A stretch of 64,000 bases of DNA from the human T2T-CHM13v2.0 reference genome, Homo sapiens. The notes beneath the pieces were generated by a model. It was given only the letters and a program-made list of their open reading frames with translations, was not told the DNA's origin and searched no databases. The DNA is taken from assembly GCA_009914755.4 (NCBI GenBank), contig CP068257.2, positions 42,336,001 to 42,400,000 on the forward strand, given 5' to 3'. Positions 1-17,705 of the stretch are shown here, one piece after another; within the stretch, counting starts at the first letter, position 1; each line of letters begins with the position of its first letter. The translations under genes and the position numbers were made by a program.

Positions 1-609
1 TGCGGAGTGTCTGCTCTATCAGGCATGGTGATTTCCTGCCAGCCTGTGCCTTTGACATTCCCACCAGAGGCAGAACCTTCTGCAGGTGGCCCTGGCCAGG
101 CTCCTCTCTCCTCCCAGCTCCTCATTAGCCTCCTTTGCCAGGCTAGGAAACCGAGGTATGCGAGGTTAAGGAACTTTCCTTGGGCCGTGCAGCTGAGAGT
201 GCGCTTTGCAGGGATTTGCATCCAGGCCGCGGGACTCACACAGGCCACACCTGCCACCCCCACTGCCTCTGGCTCGTGGGAGGTGTGGGATGTGGCGGGT
301 GGCCGGGGCAGTGCTGGGCAGGCAGGTGTTGGTATTCACAACGTTGCTTTCTTGACCGATTATTTTCCTGGGAGACTTCCTCAGTCAAAGGGTTGATATG
401 CTTGCGAGCTCTCGATGCACGCTATCAGATTCTCCAAAAACGTACAGCCAGCTTCGCCTGCACCTGCAGCTTCTGTGATTTGTGCTCTTAATTGACGTGG
501 CGCTTTTTTTAGGTTGAGTCGTTTTTCATTGCCAACAATCTTCTCCTGCATTGAAATAATAGCTTGTAAAGAAGCCTCACGCTTCCTTTTTCTCTGTTGA
601 CTCTTCTAG

Positions 610-808
610 GACGCGCTCCAGGAGATATATAATCAGAAGGGCATGTTTCCAGGGGAGCAGTTTAAGCCTGCCCGGAGGCCGTGGACCCTCCTGAACTTCC
701 TGTCCTGGGCCACCATTCTCCTGTCTCCCCTCTTCAGTTTTGTCTTGGGCGTCTTTGCCAGCGGATCACCTCTCCTGATCCTGACTTTCTTGGGGTTTGT
801 GGGAGCAG
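610..808 (+). CDS. AGPAT3: Penultimate coding exon of 1-acylglycerol-3-phosphate O-acyltransferase 3. It encodes DALQEIYNQKGMFPGEQFKPARRPWTLLNFLSWATILLSPLFSFVLGVFASGSPLLILTFLGFVGA, and the exon ends one nucleotide into the next codon.
   Basis: A polypyrimidine tract and AG acceptor (ctcttctag) end at 609; the donor GTAATG is at 809. The frame-1 translation matches my recollection of the AGPAT3 C-terminal region, and it splices in frame to the exon at 1925. Confidence 0.85.
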
Positions 809-1924
809 GTAATGGACACTGTCGCTAACAGCTCACACTCTGACGGGCCTCACAGTATCAGCCACAGGGTCCGGGACCTGGTGACTCATCACAGTGGCTG
901 TGGGAGGCAGGGGCCTGGCTGTTATGGACCCTGGAGCCAGGATCCCCCCACGGCCTGCGGGCCTCAGAGCCTGGATTCTTGCACTGAGCTGAGGGTCGCC
1001 TCCCCAGAGAGCCGAACGGCCGCCACCTGGCGCCATCCCCACTGCAGCCCCACTGGCTGGCGCCCTTGAGGATGCCGACGAGAGGGTCCCCGAGAGGGTC
1101 CCCAGCCCCCCTGTCTGCTTTTGGGCTCTTAGGGGTCAGGCTGGGCTGGCCATTCGGGAGGTTTAAGCAGGACATCATCATTCAGCTCCTCCCCATTGAC
1201 CCCCAGTGACTTCCCCACTGTGTGCCCACCCCAGGCACAATGCCAGGCCCACCACGACTCATCAGCTAGCCTGGGGCCGAACAGACACCCAGCCTGTCCC
1301 TGTGGTGAGCTCCGGCGCCCACCCACACCCCGTAATTGAGGGGTCTCTGTCCGTGGAGACACAGTCCGTGTGCATCGCCCCGTGAGCCGACTCCCCAGGC
1401 CCAGCAGCTGGGCCAGCTCCTCCCCTGCTCCTGCCGCCCCTGCCAGGGGCCTTGGTGGGAGGGGTCCTGAGAGGCAGTGACTGCCACCAGCCTCTCCCAT
1501 TGGACTACGAGATGACTTGAGGCCACCCACAGAGGACAGGATGTGACCTGCTTACATCCGAGGGTCCTGCTCGTCCACCTCTGTCACCTGTTGGGTTTGC
1601 AAGGCCGAGCTGTTAGAATGCCCCGAAGCCCTTCTGCTCCCACCAGCCAAAGACCCAGAGGGGCAGGCAGGGCAAGGTCCACGTGTCCACCTGCCTCGGA
1701 CCCAGCCGGTCAGAAGACGTGCCCCTCACCCCTGCCTGAGCAGACCACGGTCTGAGAGGGCTGTCTCCCCGCGGGCCACACCTACTCACTGACAGCAGAG
1801 GCCACTGGGTGCGGGGCAGAGGGACAGGGTCTGGGGCAGAGGAAGGAAGCCCCAGTAACACGTTTTACAGCAAAAAGGCAAAGTCATCCGTCTCACCTCT
1901 TCTCTCTCTCTCCTGTCTTGAAAG

Positions 1925-2013
1925 CTTCCTTTGGAGTTCGCAGACTGATAGGAGTAACTGAGATAGAAAAAGGCTCCAGCTACGGAAACCAAGAGTTTAA
2001 GAAAAAGGAATAA
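1925..2013 (+). CDS. AGPAT3: Terminal coding segment of AGPAT3, encoding (A)SFGVRRLIGVTEIEKGSSYGNQEFKKKE followed by the TAA stop at 2011-2013.
   Basis: A strong polypyrimidine tract and AG acceptor end at 1924. The final G of the previous exon plus CT gives GCT (Ala), and the frame runs to TAA at 2011. The C-terminal peptide matches AGPAT3 from memory. Confidence 0.85.
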
Positions 2014-5000
2014 TTAATGGCTGTGACTGAACACACGCGGCCCTGACGGTGGTATCCAGTTAACTCAAAACCAACACACAGAGTGCAGGAAAAGACAATT
2101 AGAAACTATTTTTCTTATTAACTGGTGACTAATATTAACAAAACTTGAGCCAAGAGTAAAGAATTCAGAAGGCCTGTCAGGTGAAGTCTTCAGCCTCCCA
2201 CAGCGCAGGGTCCCAGCATCTCCACGCGCGCCCGTGGGAGGTGGGTCCGGCCGGAGAGGCCTCCCGCGGACGCCGTCTCTCCAGAACTCCGCTTCCAAGA
2301 GGGAGCCTTTGGCTGCTTTCTCTCCTTAAACTTAGATCAAATTTTTTGGTTTTTAATCAGTTATCTTGGGAACTTAACCTGGCCCCTCACCTCTTCTGCA
2401 CCCCCCGCCCCCGAAACTGTCTCGTAATGAATTTCTGCTGTCCTCCTGGGAGTGGACGGCCGGGTCCCGTCCCCCGGGAGCATCGCTCGGCTCAGCACCT
2501 TGGCTCCCAGTGGGGGCCCCGTGGAGGGCGCCCGTAGTGATAAGCACACCGGCACGAACGTCAGGTCCATTCCTCGAAGTCGGAGCCCTCACTCTGCCCT
2601 GTCCTGGGGCTGGCTGAGGGCGAACGCCCCACCTCACTTTCTAGAGCCCTGTCTGTCCTAGCTCCTATCTGACCTTGTGTGTAAATACGTACATCTGTTT
2701 TTAAAGTGGATGGGCCCCTGAGAACTCAGTGAAATGCAGAGTTCTCCATGCACCTAAAGCTCCTTTGTCGCTCTCATGGCTGTCAGATCCTGGTCCCTCC
2801 ACACTGGGTGCTGGGGAGGGAGGACCCTCGGGGCTACCGCGCGCCCCCCCATCCCACAGATCAGGAGCCAAGGAGGGAGAACAGGGCAGCCTGTGGGACT
2901 CTAGGATGCTTCAGAAGAAGCGACGGCACCGTCAACCCTCTGTTTTTTAAAGGTGGTTGGAGACTGTTAACACTGAGCTCATTGACTTCTAGAGATTTTA
3001 TTTTTACTGGTTGATCTCTTGGTGGTTTTCAACTTCCTGCTGGAAACTAGAGGTGGGGCACCCCCCACCCCCCAGCCTCGCACTGTGTCCTTGGGGAAGG
3101 CCCGCCCCCATCCTGGCCGGTGTCACTGTGGCCCGGCCACCCCTGAGCGCCCAGCTCCCTACCTCCTGGACGTCTCTGAGAGTCCAGGCAGAGCAGAGGG
3201 CAGCGCTCGGCCGGTCATGCTGGCTCCCTTGGCCTTGCAGCGAGCCCCTGGCCCACGCCGAGCGAGGGATGCTTCTCCCTACAGCATGTCCACTCCCCCG
3301 GCATGGCCAGGTGGGGCCCCTGGGGCAATGGCAGTGGTAGAACGCTCAACTTGGTTGCGGTACCATCAGCCCACCTGCATTTGGCTTTCGACTTGCTTGT
3401 TCTAAGTCACAGCGCCCTCATCTTTTTAGCAAGGTAAAAAAACCAAAATGGGTGTTATCTCTGATATCTTGAAACCAGCGTTCTGAATAGAGGTAGGTTG
3501 AGTTTTCTAGGGGAAAACAAATGGAGAAAAGAGGCATGAAGAAAAGTAAACCGAGAACATAATTAGGCATCGGGCCTAAGTGTCCTGGGGAGATTGGAGG
3601 GGACGGCAGCGTTCTGCATGATGGAGGCGCTGCCGGGCCCCGGGTCTGTGGGGGCCGTGCTCTCAGGGCGTGTGCGGGACGCCACCTGTGCACACCTGCT
3701 CAGAGCACGGCTCCTCGCAGGGGTGAAGGGGCAGACCAACGAAACCAGATGAGACCAACGACACCATGCGAGACACGCTTGCAGACACTGTTGTTTTGGA
3801 AATGTGCTTCCCTCCATCTGAAATCTCATCCCTCCACCCGCCCACTCGGGCAGCTGTGCCGTGGGCAGGGCATGCGCTCCCCTGGCTGAGCACCCCAGAG
3901 ATTCTCCTGCACCTTCCTCATGCCGCACGCTGCTCATCCGTCTCCATGTGTGTTTAGATCCATGCCATTCACTGACTCACTAACACCTGCAAAATCTTTA
4001 AGGAAAAAAGCTGAAGGGTACGACCATGCACATATGTGACCTGGAAAATGCAAATTTAGATCTTTTATGATTTAATTATTATTGTTTCCCATAGAAGTTC
4101 CCTCCCTTTGAAATTAATATATAATGTATAAATTCTGCACTGAGCCATGGCGGAGCTGGGCAGCCCCTAGGTTAGAGTGGAGACGGAGGCCCAGGCGCAG
4201 GGGTCACACCTCATCTGGTTTCCTTCCCATCTCACAGCTTAGCTTGTGCTTCTCAACACCAAGTCTTTAAGAGCAATAAAAACTACACCATGAATGTTTG
4301 AATTTTTTTTTTTTGGGGGGGGGAGGGTGGATTTTGCTTTTCATCCAGAAGGAAAAGGGGAGGAGAGCTCCTTTACATTTTTTAAATTAAATTCATAAAT
4401 CCCAGAACAGTCTTTTTTTTTTCTTTTTCCTTTACACCCTACTTCTGAGCTTAATTCAGTTGATGTTATGTCCAAATTCAGGCTGAGTGCTCAGGCTGAA
4501 GCAACTCTGTAGCCCACAGTCCGTGCTGGCCACTGTCGGGGTGAGGCACATTCTAGGCCTGGCATCGCTGATGCCCTCTGCACCCAGTCCTTGAGCCAGG
4601 CCGAGGACAGGAAGGGCATTGCTGGCCTGTAGCTCCTGTTACCCACCCAGAGCCAGGCGCCACACTGGAGGCTCCCAGGCGGGAGGGCCCAGGCCCACCC
4701 ACGGGCGTCTGGCCGGTCAAGCTCCCAGCCTGGGCCGTGGTCTCCTGGGGACGCCGCTGGCCTCCCAGCTTAGGCCCAGGTGCCAGGTGTCATGGGGTCT
4801 CCTGCCCATCTTCCCAAGGATGCCATTGCTGTCTTCATCGTCTTCCCCCGTGTGAGACACTGGTTGTCTGGTACTCGGCGACAGTGTACCAGACGCGCAC
4901 CCTATGTGAGGTGCTTTAAGGTCCCTGTCCTCAGGAAGCGCAGTCTGGTGGAAGAGATGAGCGCTGAACAAATCACTAAATAACACAAAACAACAATGTA

Positions 5001-6730
5001 AGCAGCACTTTCTTGTGTAAAAAAAAAAAAAAAGCACGTCCTGTCGATGAATTTTGAGTCTCTCTGCCTTGCCTGTCCCGACTCCCTTTCGCGCACCGTG
5101 GCATGAGAATCTTTCCTCACGCTGTTCGTTGCGGTATTGCTGAGCATTGATGTTGATTTGAAGGAAAAGCCGTGGTTGGACCCAGCTGTGTGTTTCACTC
5201 ACGTGCAATTGAGTAGCTGTTGCCAGGCTGTCCATGCCTGTTGTGACTACCGGTTGGGGTCAGATTTGGGGTGAAGAATGAGTAAGTTTCTGCATGCTTT
5301 GTCTCTACCTGAGACACTTCTACAACAAGCCAAGTATAATCTCTCCAGCCCTGCAGATTTTCACCTGACTTGTTCAGCCCCATGCGTAGACTCCCGCTGC
5401 AGGCCTCTGGCCTGTGGCTCACTGCATGCAGCCCCTGGCGTGCAATACTAGTGCTCCACGGCGCGATGTGCTTCTAGCCCTTGCACTGCACCTAGGCTCA
5501 GGGTTCAAACGGCCAGCCCGAAAAGCCTGCCTGCCTTCTTTCTGGAAACAGCACGTCCCCGGCCGTGTGCCTGCCCCTTTCTCTACTGAGCTAGTCCCCA
5601 AACCAAAGGCAAGCCCCCTCGGGCCTCGGGGGATGGGGCCGGCCACACCCCTGACTCCGCCCTGGCTCTGCCCCATACCCCTGCCGTGGGGCCGACCTGG
5701 GGGATGCAGACATCCGGCTCCGTATTCCTGCCTATCGGGGCCAGGATGCAAAAACAATTTTTGCGTAAAAGATGTCACACTGATCTGCTGGAGTGGGGTG
5801 GACACATGAATTCAGTTTTATCATGAACACTCGCCACTGGCTGCTTGTTAATTCAGGGATAATGGTGGCATTCTTACAAACTGCTCGGGAAATAGAATGA
5901 CGGGAACACTTTTAGGGAGCCCAGGAAGTTACCAGGGACATTGGTGTCGCCGGCCCAGGCAACAGCAGCGTACGCTTTTCAAAGATCATTGAGTTGTCTT
6001 AGAATTTGAAGCTGTGTAATGACAATGTCACCTGGAGTTCGTCTCCATTTCTTAACTTTTTGTTGCACAAGTATTTGGACAGAAGTCGAACTGTGAATGA
6101 GATACTGAAATGCACTAAATTGTATTACATTAAACTGGAGTTACTTGATACAATGAAGAAATGCATCTGATCTACTTGTATTTATTGTCTCAGAATTGTA
6201 CGTTGTGACAATCAAATGTTACTTGCCTAAATGCCAGGAAATTCAACTGGCCTTTTAATCAGCAAGATCGCCAGCAAGTACTGTAACTGTAAAGGAAAAT
6301 CTCTCTCTCTGGAGAACCCACACAAACCATTGACCTGAGTGCGCATGACAGCCACTGGCTTCTTTTTCTATGATTGAAAATCTGCCATCGCTGACTGTTG
6401 GCCAGTTTCAAAGGGACCCATTGTATACAGGGTGCAAATGTATTATACGGATGTTTCCTTTTGTACACTTCATTTTTACAAGTTTTGCTACTCACAAGCT
6501 TTATGTAGTGGAGGATAGAGGTATTTTTGGTCTTTAGAAGCTTGTCGGGGTGAGGGCTGCTAACTTACACTTCAGAGGCCTGTGTCCCAAAGGCCTGGCT
6601 GCGTTTGCCGTGCTGTGCGAGGACCTGTGTACACAGGCAGGTGTGCGCCTGCCCGAGCGCGAGTAGCTCTTGTGTAGTGGTGAAATGCTGCAGGCATCTG
6701 TTTATTAAAATTGCTGCTGTGAAAGACAGG
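2014..6730 (+). other. AGPAT3: Putative AGPAT3 3'UTR, a continuation of the terminal exon. Its 3' extent is uncertain. Candidate polyA signals are AATAAA near 4265 and ATTAAA near 6697.
   Basis: The region after the stop is contiguous and almost free of SINE/LINE sequence. An AU-rich, UTR-like block lies at 5800-6720, and the first interspersed repeats appear only after about 7.8 kb. I recall AGPAT3 mRNA having a multi-kb 3'UTR. This is inference, not verified. Confidence 0.35.
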
Positions 6731-7837
6731 GATAAAATATCCACAATATAAGAGAAAGCGACTCCGTGCCTCCTTCTGTTTCTTCGTTTCCAGTCTGCAT
6801 AGATGTCTCCAAGGGGAAACCAGGGCCACCAGGCACTCCTGTCCCATGGGGCCACCCACCTTCAGAGCCCACTCCCACGGGCTCTGTTTCCTTGGAGGCC
6901 ATCCTGCCGATGGCACTTTTCAAGGCCCTCCCTTCCCTACGAGTTGCTTTCTGGGAGGGGAAATTGAAAAGGAGAGCGGTCACCTGGCAAAAACACAGGG
7001 GAAATCAGCCAGTCCACAAAAATACGCAAAATGACCTGATGATGTCCAAAAAAGGGTTTTAAAAGCGATCAAGGACAAAAGGTTTTCCTAAGTGGCATGT
7101 ATACATCCAAAACTACTCTTTTTTTGTAAAAACATTCATCTGTGGAGAAAACCAAGGAACCCCTTTCTCTTCTTTATTAAAAAGCAAAACAAAAACTCTT
7201 GTTAGAACCAAAAGATATTCCGAGTTCTCGTTTCGTGTCTTCTAAAAATAAGCTAAGCTGAAGAGTCTGGGTGTCCACATGCTCCTGGGAATGGCCCTGG
7301 CAACCTTGGTGACATGCTCTCTGCTCCGGGGCTGCCTCCTTCCCTAATGGCATCAGTGAGGGTGACAGGTCCATGCTGGTGCTTAGCCCAGCTCCTGAGA
7401 AGCTGGGAAGGCCTGGCTCAAAGTCCTGCGTCCAGATGCCATTTATTTTTTAAAATATATCCTGAAGTCAGAGCACCCAGAATTTTGCATGATGTTCTGT
7501 TGTTTTCTCGGGAGATGAAAGTGAAGTGCCTGGTGCCACTTGGTATGGGGATGTCATGGGTGGGTCAGGCCTTGCCCTCTAACAAGAGGGACTGACTTGC
7601 CTGAACCCCACTTCGCCTGTTTGAACACAAGTGCTCACGGGCACTGGGGGGCAGCCATGCAGACCCCTTCGGACTTCATCACCCCCAGCATCACAGGCAT
7701 CTGGCTCACCCAGGAGAGGGGCCAAGGTTAACCATGAGGCCCATTGCCTGCCTTTATTGGCCCAGATCCCACCTCCGCTTCACCCAGAAGCTCAGTACGT
7801 AGGAGTCAGTCCCTGCCACCTGACATTCTGGGACATG

Positions 7838-7960
7838 TGAGTGTGTACACATGTGCATGCATGCACACACCATGTGTGTGGGGACCTTCATAGCCATACG
7901 CATGCACACATGTACACACGTCCCAGCACACACACGGGCACACCTGAAGAATAAGGGGCA
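7838..7960. repeat. Degenerate (CA/TG)-rich low-complexity tract.
   Basis: gtgtgtacacatgtgcatgcatgcacacaccatgtgtgtgg ... catgcacacatgtacacacgtcccagcacacacacgggcacacc. A similar tract lies at 8625-8690. Confidence 0.8.
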
Positions 7961-8009
7961 GCGTTAGGAAGTGGGCTTGGGAAACCATCCTCTTCATGTC
8001 TCTTCTTGT

Positions 8010-8308
8010 TTGTTTGTTTGTTTTTGAGACGGAGTTTCGCTCTGTCACCCAGGCTGTGGAGTACAATGGTGTGATCTTGGATCACCGCAACCTCTGCTTC
8101 CCGGGTTCAAGCGATTCTCCTGCTTCAGCCTCCCAAGTAGCTGGGATTACAGGCACCTGCCACCATGCCCAGCTAATTATGTATTTTTGGTAGAGACAGG
8201 GTTTCTCCATGTTGGTCAGGCTGGTCTCGAACTCCTGACCTCAGGTGATCCACCTGCCTCGGCCTCCCCAAGTGCTTGGAATACAGGCGTGAGCCACCAC
8301 AGCTGGCC
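8010..8308 (-). mobile_element. Alu SINE (antisense), preceded by a (TTTG)n-rich tail.
   Basis: Reverse-complement Alu consensus (tttgagacggagtttcgctctgtcacccaggctg ... ggattacaggc) ending at gctggcc. Confidence 0.9.
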
Positions 8309-9303
8309 TTCTTCACGTCTCTTCTGAGCATAGTGCCTGAGAACCCGGAATTGTCCAGGTGGCTCACACAGCAGCAGGGTTCATGGAGATAAAAGCCCTT
8401 CTTGAAGAAAGTGGCCCCCCAGGGCTAAGGAACTTGATGAAGAAACCAAACAGTCCCGTGACGTCTTAGCAAGCTAGCAACGTGGCCTGAGCTTTGCTTT
8501 GCTGTTGGATGTGAGCTCTTCCACTGCAGGCGGCCTGCACCTGGGCTGGGCAGGAACAAGTCCAACCGCAGGTACCCTGGACGTGAGCCTTGATCGTCCC
8601 ACGTGTGGCCAGGGGGCCTGTGAGGGTGCACGTGCACACACATGCACACACAGACACACACGTGCACGTACACCAGCAGGTGCATGCCCTGCCGCTGAAC
8701 CCCTGGGGGAGGGACAGGCCCAGTCACAGGGGCAGGCACCAGAGGACAAGGCCACGGAGGGCTCCGCATGGCTTCGGCTGCTGCCCTGCAGTCGGTCCCA
8801 GCCTCATAGCACTTGCCAGGTGGAGCCGCTCCGAAGTCTTAGGATCCAGGGATGGGAAATGCCAGCAAGGTCACATGTGTGACCTCACTTCACAGCTGCT
8901 GGCGCAGCCTCTGCTTGAACCCAGCCAGATCCCAGCGTGCCTCTACTGTCTGAATTGGCCCATTCCATCGATCACAGATGGGGAGCACAAGTGTGTTTCC
9001 GTGGGACAGTGTGTTACGGGGGAGGCTTGGATTTGGGGGTCTGGAGGCCTCTAGATGAAAACCCAAAACTCACTCCTTAGGACCTGTGTGGCCCAGGCCA
9101 AGAAGGTTCTTAGCCTCCATGCCCTTCCGTGTTCTAGCCTGTAAGGTGGGGATGGTCATCAGGACGATCAGCGTACCTCCTGGGCTTAGGCCGTGACAGG
9201 TGCTCAGCAAGTGGCTACTGTCCCGGCAGACCCGGGGGCATCCCAAACCTGCATCTGTCCTGGGCCCTGCCTGTGCCAGCATGGAGGGGAGGGGCTGTGG
9301 TAG

Positions 9304-10940
<1,637 letters not shown>

Positions 10941-11869
10941 TCACCCCTTTTTGCTGGGCTGGGCCTCCTTTGCGAGTGCAGTGCGGTTCATCCCTTAGCA
11001 TCTCTGAGGTGTGTGCCCCGCCGTGTCCCTCCACACCGCTGTGACACTGCTGCTCTTCTGCAGAGTTGATAGCACGGGGCATGGTGACCGACGTCATCCC
11101 CCCCAGTAAAGGCGCACGAGGAGGGCGGGCTCCTGACCGGCCTCAGCAGGACTGTGTCCACCAGAGCAACACACCCAAAGCCAGGGTTCTGGCTGCAGCT
11201 CCTCAGACCAGTGGGAGGTCATTAGACCCGCAGGAGCGCACGTGACTCCGGGAAGTGGGATGGGACCGTGTTGCCGGAAAAGCCGGATGAGCAAAGGCGG
11301 GCAAGCCCAAGGTGTTCAGACCCGGCCGGAGAGGTGGGAGACGGGGAACACGGCAGCTGCACAGCTCTCCCGGGGAGAGTCCGCGTGTGGTGGGAGGGAC
11401 CCAGCCCGACTCCCTAGGAGCTGGTTTTCATGTTTGGGGCCCACGAAGACCTTGAGCTGCCTTCAGGAAGGATTGTCACGCGGGGCAGGGTGTGTAAGCA
11501 GATGAGCTGCGCTGTGCCAGCCTGTGCTCCTCTGCCCACGCAGCAGGCCGTACATTCCGCACCCGGGATGCCTGGGACGCCCACAGGCCTTGGCCAGGCT
11601 CGGCTTGTGGAGTGCAGAGCAAGGGCTGGTGGAGCTCCTCGGGCGCTTGGAGCCAGGGAGTGTGCGCAGTGGCAAGGGGGGACCTTAGAGACAAGCAAAT
11701 GCTAAATGATCTGAAATCGGGATTGGAGATGGGGCAGGGGAGAGTCGGCTCTAGACAGGCATGTCCAGCCTGTTTGCAAAACCCCTGCAAGATCTAAGGA
11801 CATCCAGGGGACAGACATCGTGAGCATGGGGTTCGGCTCCCATGTGCCTCTTGTCATGGAGGGACTTGA

Positions 11870-12426
<557 letters not shown>

Positions 12427-12538
12427 TCAAGCAGCTTTTAAATGCAGGACTTCCGCCCCCGAAATTCCAACTCACACAGCTGTAATTACATGGTCAGTTC
12501 CACCTGCCCAGGACTTTATACGAAACCTGACCCCCCTC

Positions 12539-12989
<451 letters not shown>

Positions 12990-14548
12990 CTATGCCATGT
13001 CTCCTGCCCAAACCCTTTTCTGCTGCTCCCAACCAGAAAATAAGGATGGAGACAGCCTGCAGCCCCTCCTTTGCCAGTGAAAGATCTGGTGGGGAGGCGT
13101 GGGGTCTCTGGGGGTCGGGGGGACAGGTATGACGATGCTGGTGCCCATCTCTCTGGGGCATTCCGCCCCCTTTGGACTTCATTGTCCCTGCTGTGTCACC
13201 AGGGGCCCTGCCACACCCTGCCTCCGAGTGTGTGGGGTCTGTACCTGCTTTGCCCCCACTGGCCGCTTTCTCCAGGACAGCCATGAACATCTCCAGTGTC
13301 CTCGGAGCAAGGAAGGAATGCTTCCTGGAGCAGAAGTGGCCACAATGACGCTAGGTCAGCAGATGGCCGCAGAGGCCTGGGCAGTGACCGGTCGGAGAAC
13401 AAAGCCTGAGGTGTTCCCAGGCCGGTTTCCACGGGAGTCTTGGCAGTGACCCGTGCACGGAGGAGACGCGTGCCTTCCTGGCCCCCCAGTTTGGATTCCT
13501 GGTGCCTCTAAGGTCTGCTGATGGCAGAGCTGCACCCGGGTGAGCACAACCCAGGATGGGGTAGGGGGTGGCTCTTCACATTCCCTGTCCTCAGTGACAG
13601 AAACTCACTTTTATTATCCTAAACTCTGTTTTTGCTTAGAATTTGGGGCAACTTGCCCTGAAATAACCCTTCCCTTGTCCTTGGGATGAGGGGACTCTGT
13701 CCTCAGGGCATAATCATGTAGAAATAGGTCATCCTGCAGGTCCCCCCAGGAAATTCCTGAGAGGAAAGAGGGAACCCACTTTGAGCTGCCTGGGTCATTC
13801 CTCCAGCACGTCCCCTCCCAGCCCCAGCCTGCGCTGGAGACTGGTCTGAGTTCAAAGGCCGCGCCTTCTTCAGAGAACAGCCACTGCTGGCAGAGTCAGG
13901 CGTCCCATCCCCTCCAAGACAGCTGGGTTCCCTGGGGCTGTGGGAAGGCGGGTGTGGGGAGATGACCAGCGGTTTCTGGTCCTGTGTGCCCAGCCCCTAT
14001 CAGCCCACAGAGCCTCACCGTGGTGTCTCCCCTGCCCACCAGCACACGGAGGGAGCAGGAAGGGATGCCTGCCAGAGGCTTCGCCCTTAGTCGGGGAAGG
14101 AAGTGATCCCACTCCATCTTCTGGTCCGAAGCCTTTTCCCTCTTCAGGGTGGGCCTGTCCACACCCGCCCCCGAGGTGGCTCTTCCGTCTCTCCCGCAGG
14201 TGCAGGTGGGACCCACAGGCTGCAGAGTCAGACCTGAGGGAAAATCCCGACTTCAGAAGTCATTTCTCAGCCTCCTCATCAGAAAATGAAAACCCAAACC
14301 AAAAGCTCCCCAGAAGGCTGAGGGAAAGGAGCCGGGCTCCCATCCGACAACTCACTGGGCCATAAGCACAACCTGGGGTGTGGGGAGAAGCCACAGCTCT
14401 GCCCTGGGGGTCTCCAGGGTACCTGGGCCAGAAGCCTGCAGTGGCGGCCCGGACAGTGGGGGCCCAGGCAGCGGTTCACGAGGAGACCTTGGATGAGAGC
14501 TTGTCCCTTCCTTTCTGCAGCAGCCACTAAGGAAGGCGCAGAGGGACT

Positions 14549-15256
<708 letters not shown>

Positions 15257-15272
15257 CTACCCGATGAGGAAG

Positions 15273-15380
15273 CCGGGGACCAGACCAAGGACACTGACCA
15301 TGCCCAAGCCGGGGACCAGACCAAGGACACTGACCATGCCCAAGCCAGGGACCAGACCAAGGACACTGACCATGCCCAAG
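15273..15380. repeat. Minisatellite of three copies of a 36-bp GC-rich unit, ccggggaccagaccaaggacactgaccatgcccaag.
   Basis: Three near-identical units begin at 15273, 15309 and 15345. The third copy has ccaggg in place of ccgggg. Confidence 0.9.
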
Positions 15381-15711
15381 CCGTCCAGCTAGTTCAGAGT
15401 CAAGTGGAAATAACCAGGGCGGGAGCACAGAGAGCCACATCCCAGTGGCTCCAGATCCTGGTGTCGGACAGCTGGGTGCTTGGGGAACTGCCGTTCATTC
15501 ACAGGGCTTTGCGGCTGAGCTCAGAACTTGATCTTGACTTTGATGGGTGGAAGGAATGTGAGTGCCTGGATTAAAGCGGATTGTCACGTAGGCCACAGGA
15601 TTCACGTGGGTAGAGACCCCTGGGCAGCAAGGAGCAGCCTCCAGCCCAAGTTAAGGCGTGGAGACAGTGAGCTGGGCGTGCCATCCGCGTGTGCCATCCT
15701 CAAAACCCAGC

Positions 15712-15789
15712 AAGTGCTCCCTCCTGACCTCAAGTGATCCACTCGCTTCGGCCTCCCAAAATGCTGGGATTACAGGCGTGAGCCACTAA
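15712..15789 (-). mobile_element. Short Alu fragment (antisense) covering only the 5' end of the Alu.
   Basis: cctcaagtgatccactcgcttcggcctcccaaaatgctgggattacaggcgtgagccactaac. Confidence 0.75.
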
Positions 15790-16554
15790 CTACCCTCAGC
15801 AAGGTTTCCAGTTTTTTGATGTATGCATTTATTGTTATTAACTTACCTCTTAATGCGTCTACTGTGTCCCAGAAGTTTTGGCACATTGTGTTTCTATTTT
15901 TGTTTGTTTCAAGGAATTTAATATTTTTAAAAGTTTTTTCATTGTTAAAAATATGGATCACTTCATGAATTTGCACGTTTCCTTGCAGGGGTCATGCTAA
16001 TCTTCTCTATCATTTCCACTTTAGGATATTGCCACGGTTTCTACAGGACTGAACAAAGGGGGACCAACGCAGAAATGAAAACTTAAAACAAAAGTAAGTA
16101 TTTTAAAGGAAGGGGCCAGGGGAAGAAGAAGAGCACTCGCAGCTTCCGGTGAGCATGAACAGCACCTGAGCTTCCACAGCCCTTCCTATTTGTTGAGTAG
16201 AATGAGCAGGGAGGAGGAGGTAATGATTGCTCAGCTGCTTAATTGATCACAGGTGCATATTATTACTAACAGCCTTCAGATGTGCCCTGTAGCTAATCAC
16301 AAGAAACACTTGTGCCTGGGTCGTGACTGCCTCAGTATTCCTTCTGGGCGGCAGAAGCAGTTTGTCAGTTTACCAGTTTGCCAACGTTCTGCTTTTCTGA
16401 GAACAGTTTGCTGTTTACCCACATACCCTCCAGTGGTATACTGAGTTGATCACCACCCTCACTTTCTGCAGCAGCCACTAAGGAAGGCGCAGAGGGACTT
16501 CCTTTCGGCCTGCAACAGTATCTGTGCTGCCCAAGTGAGTATGGAATTTTAAAT

Positions 16555-17705
<1,151 letters not shown>

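Noticed and set aside
1-600. Possible additional upstream AGPAT3 exon encoding ...RRFPLEDIPLDEKEAAQWLHKLYQEK.
   Set aside because: I could not find that peptide in any frame within 1-609. The ORFs at 7-396 and 180-491 are GC-rich noise. The preceding exon probably lies upstream of the window.
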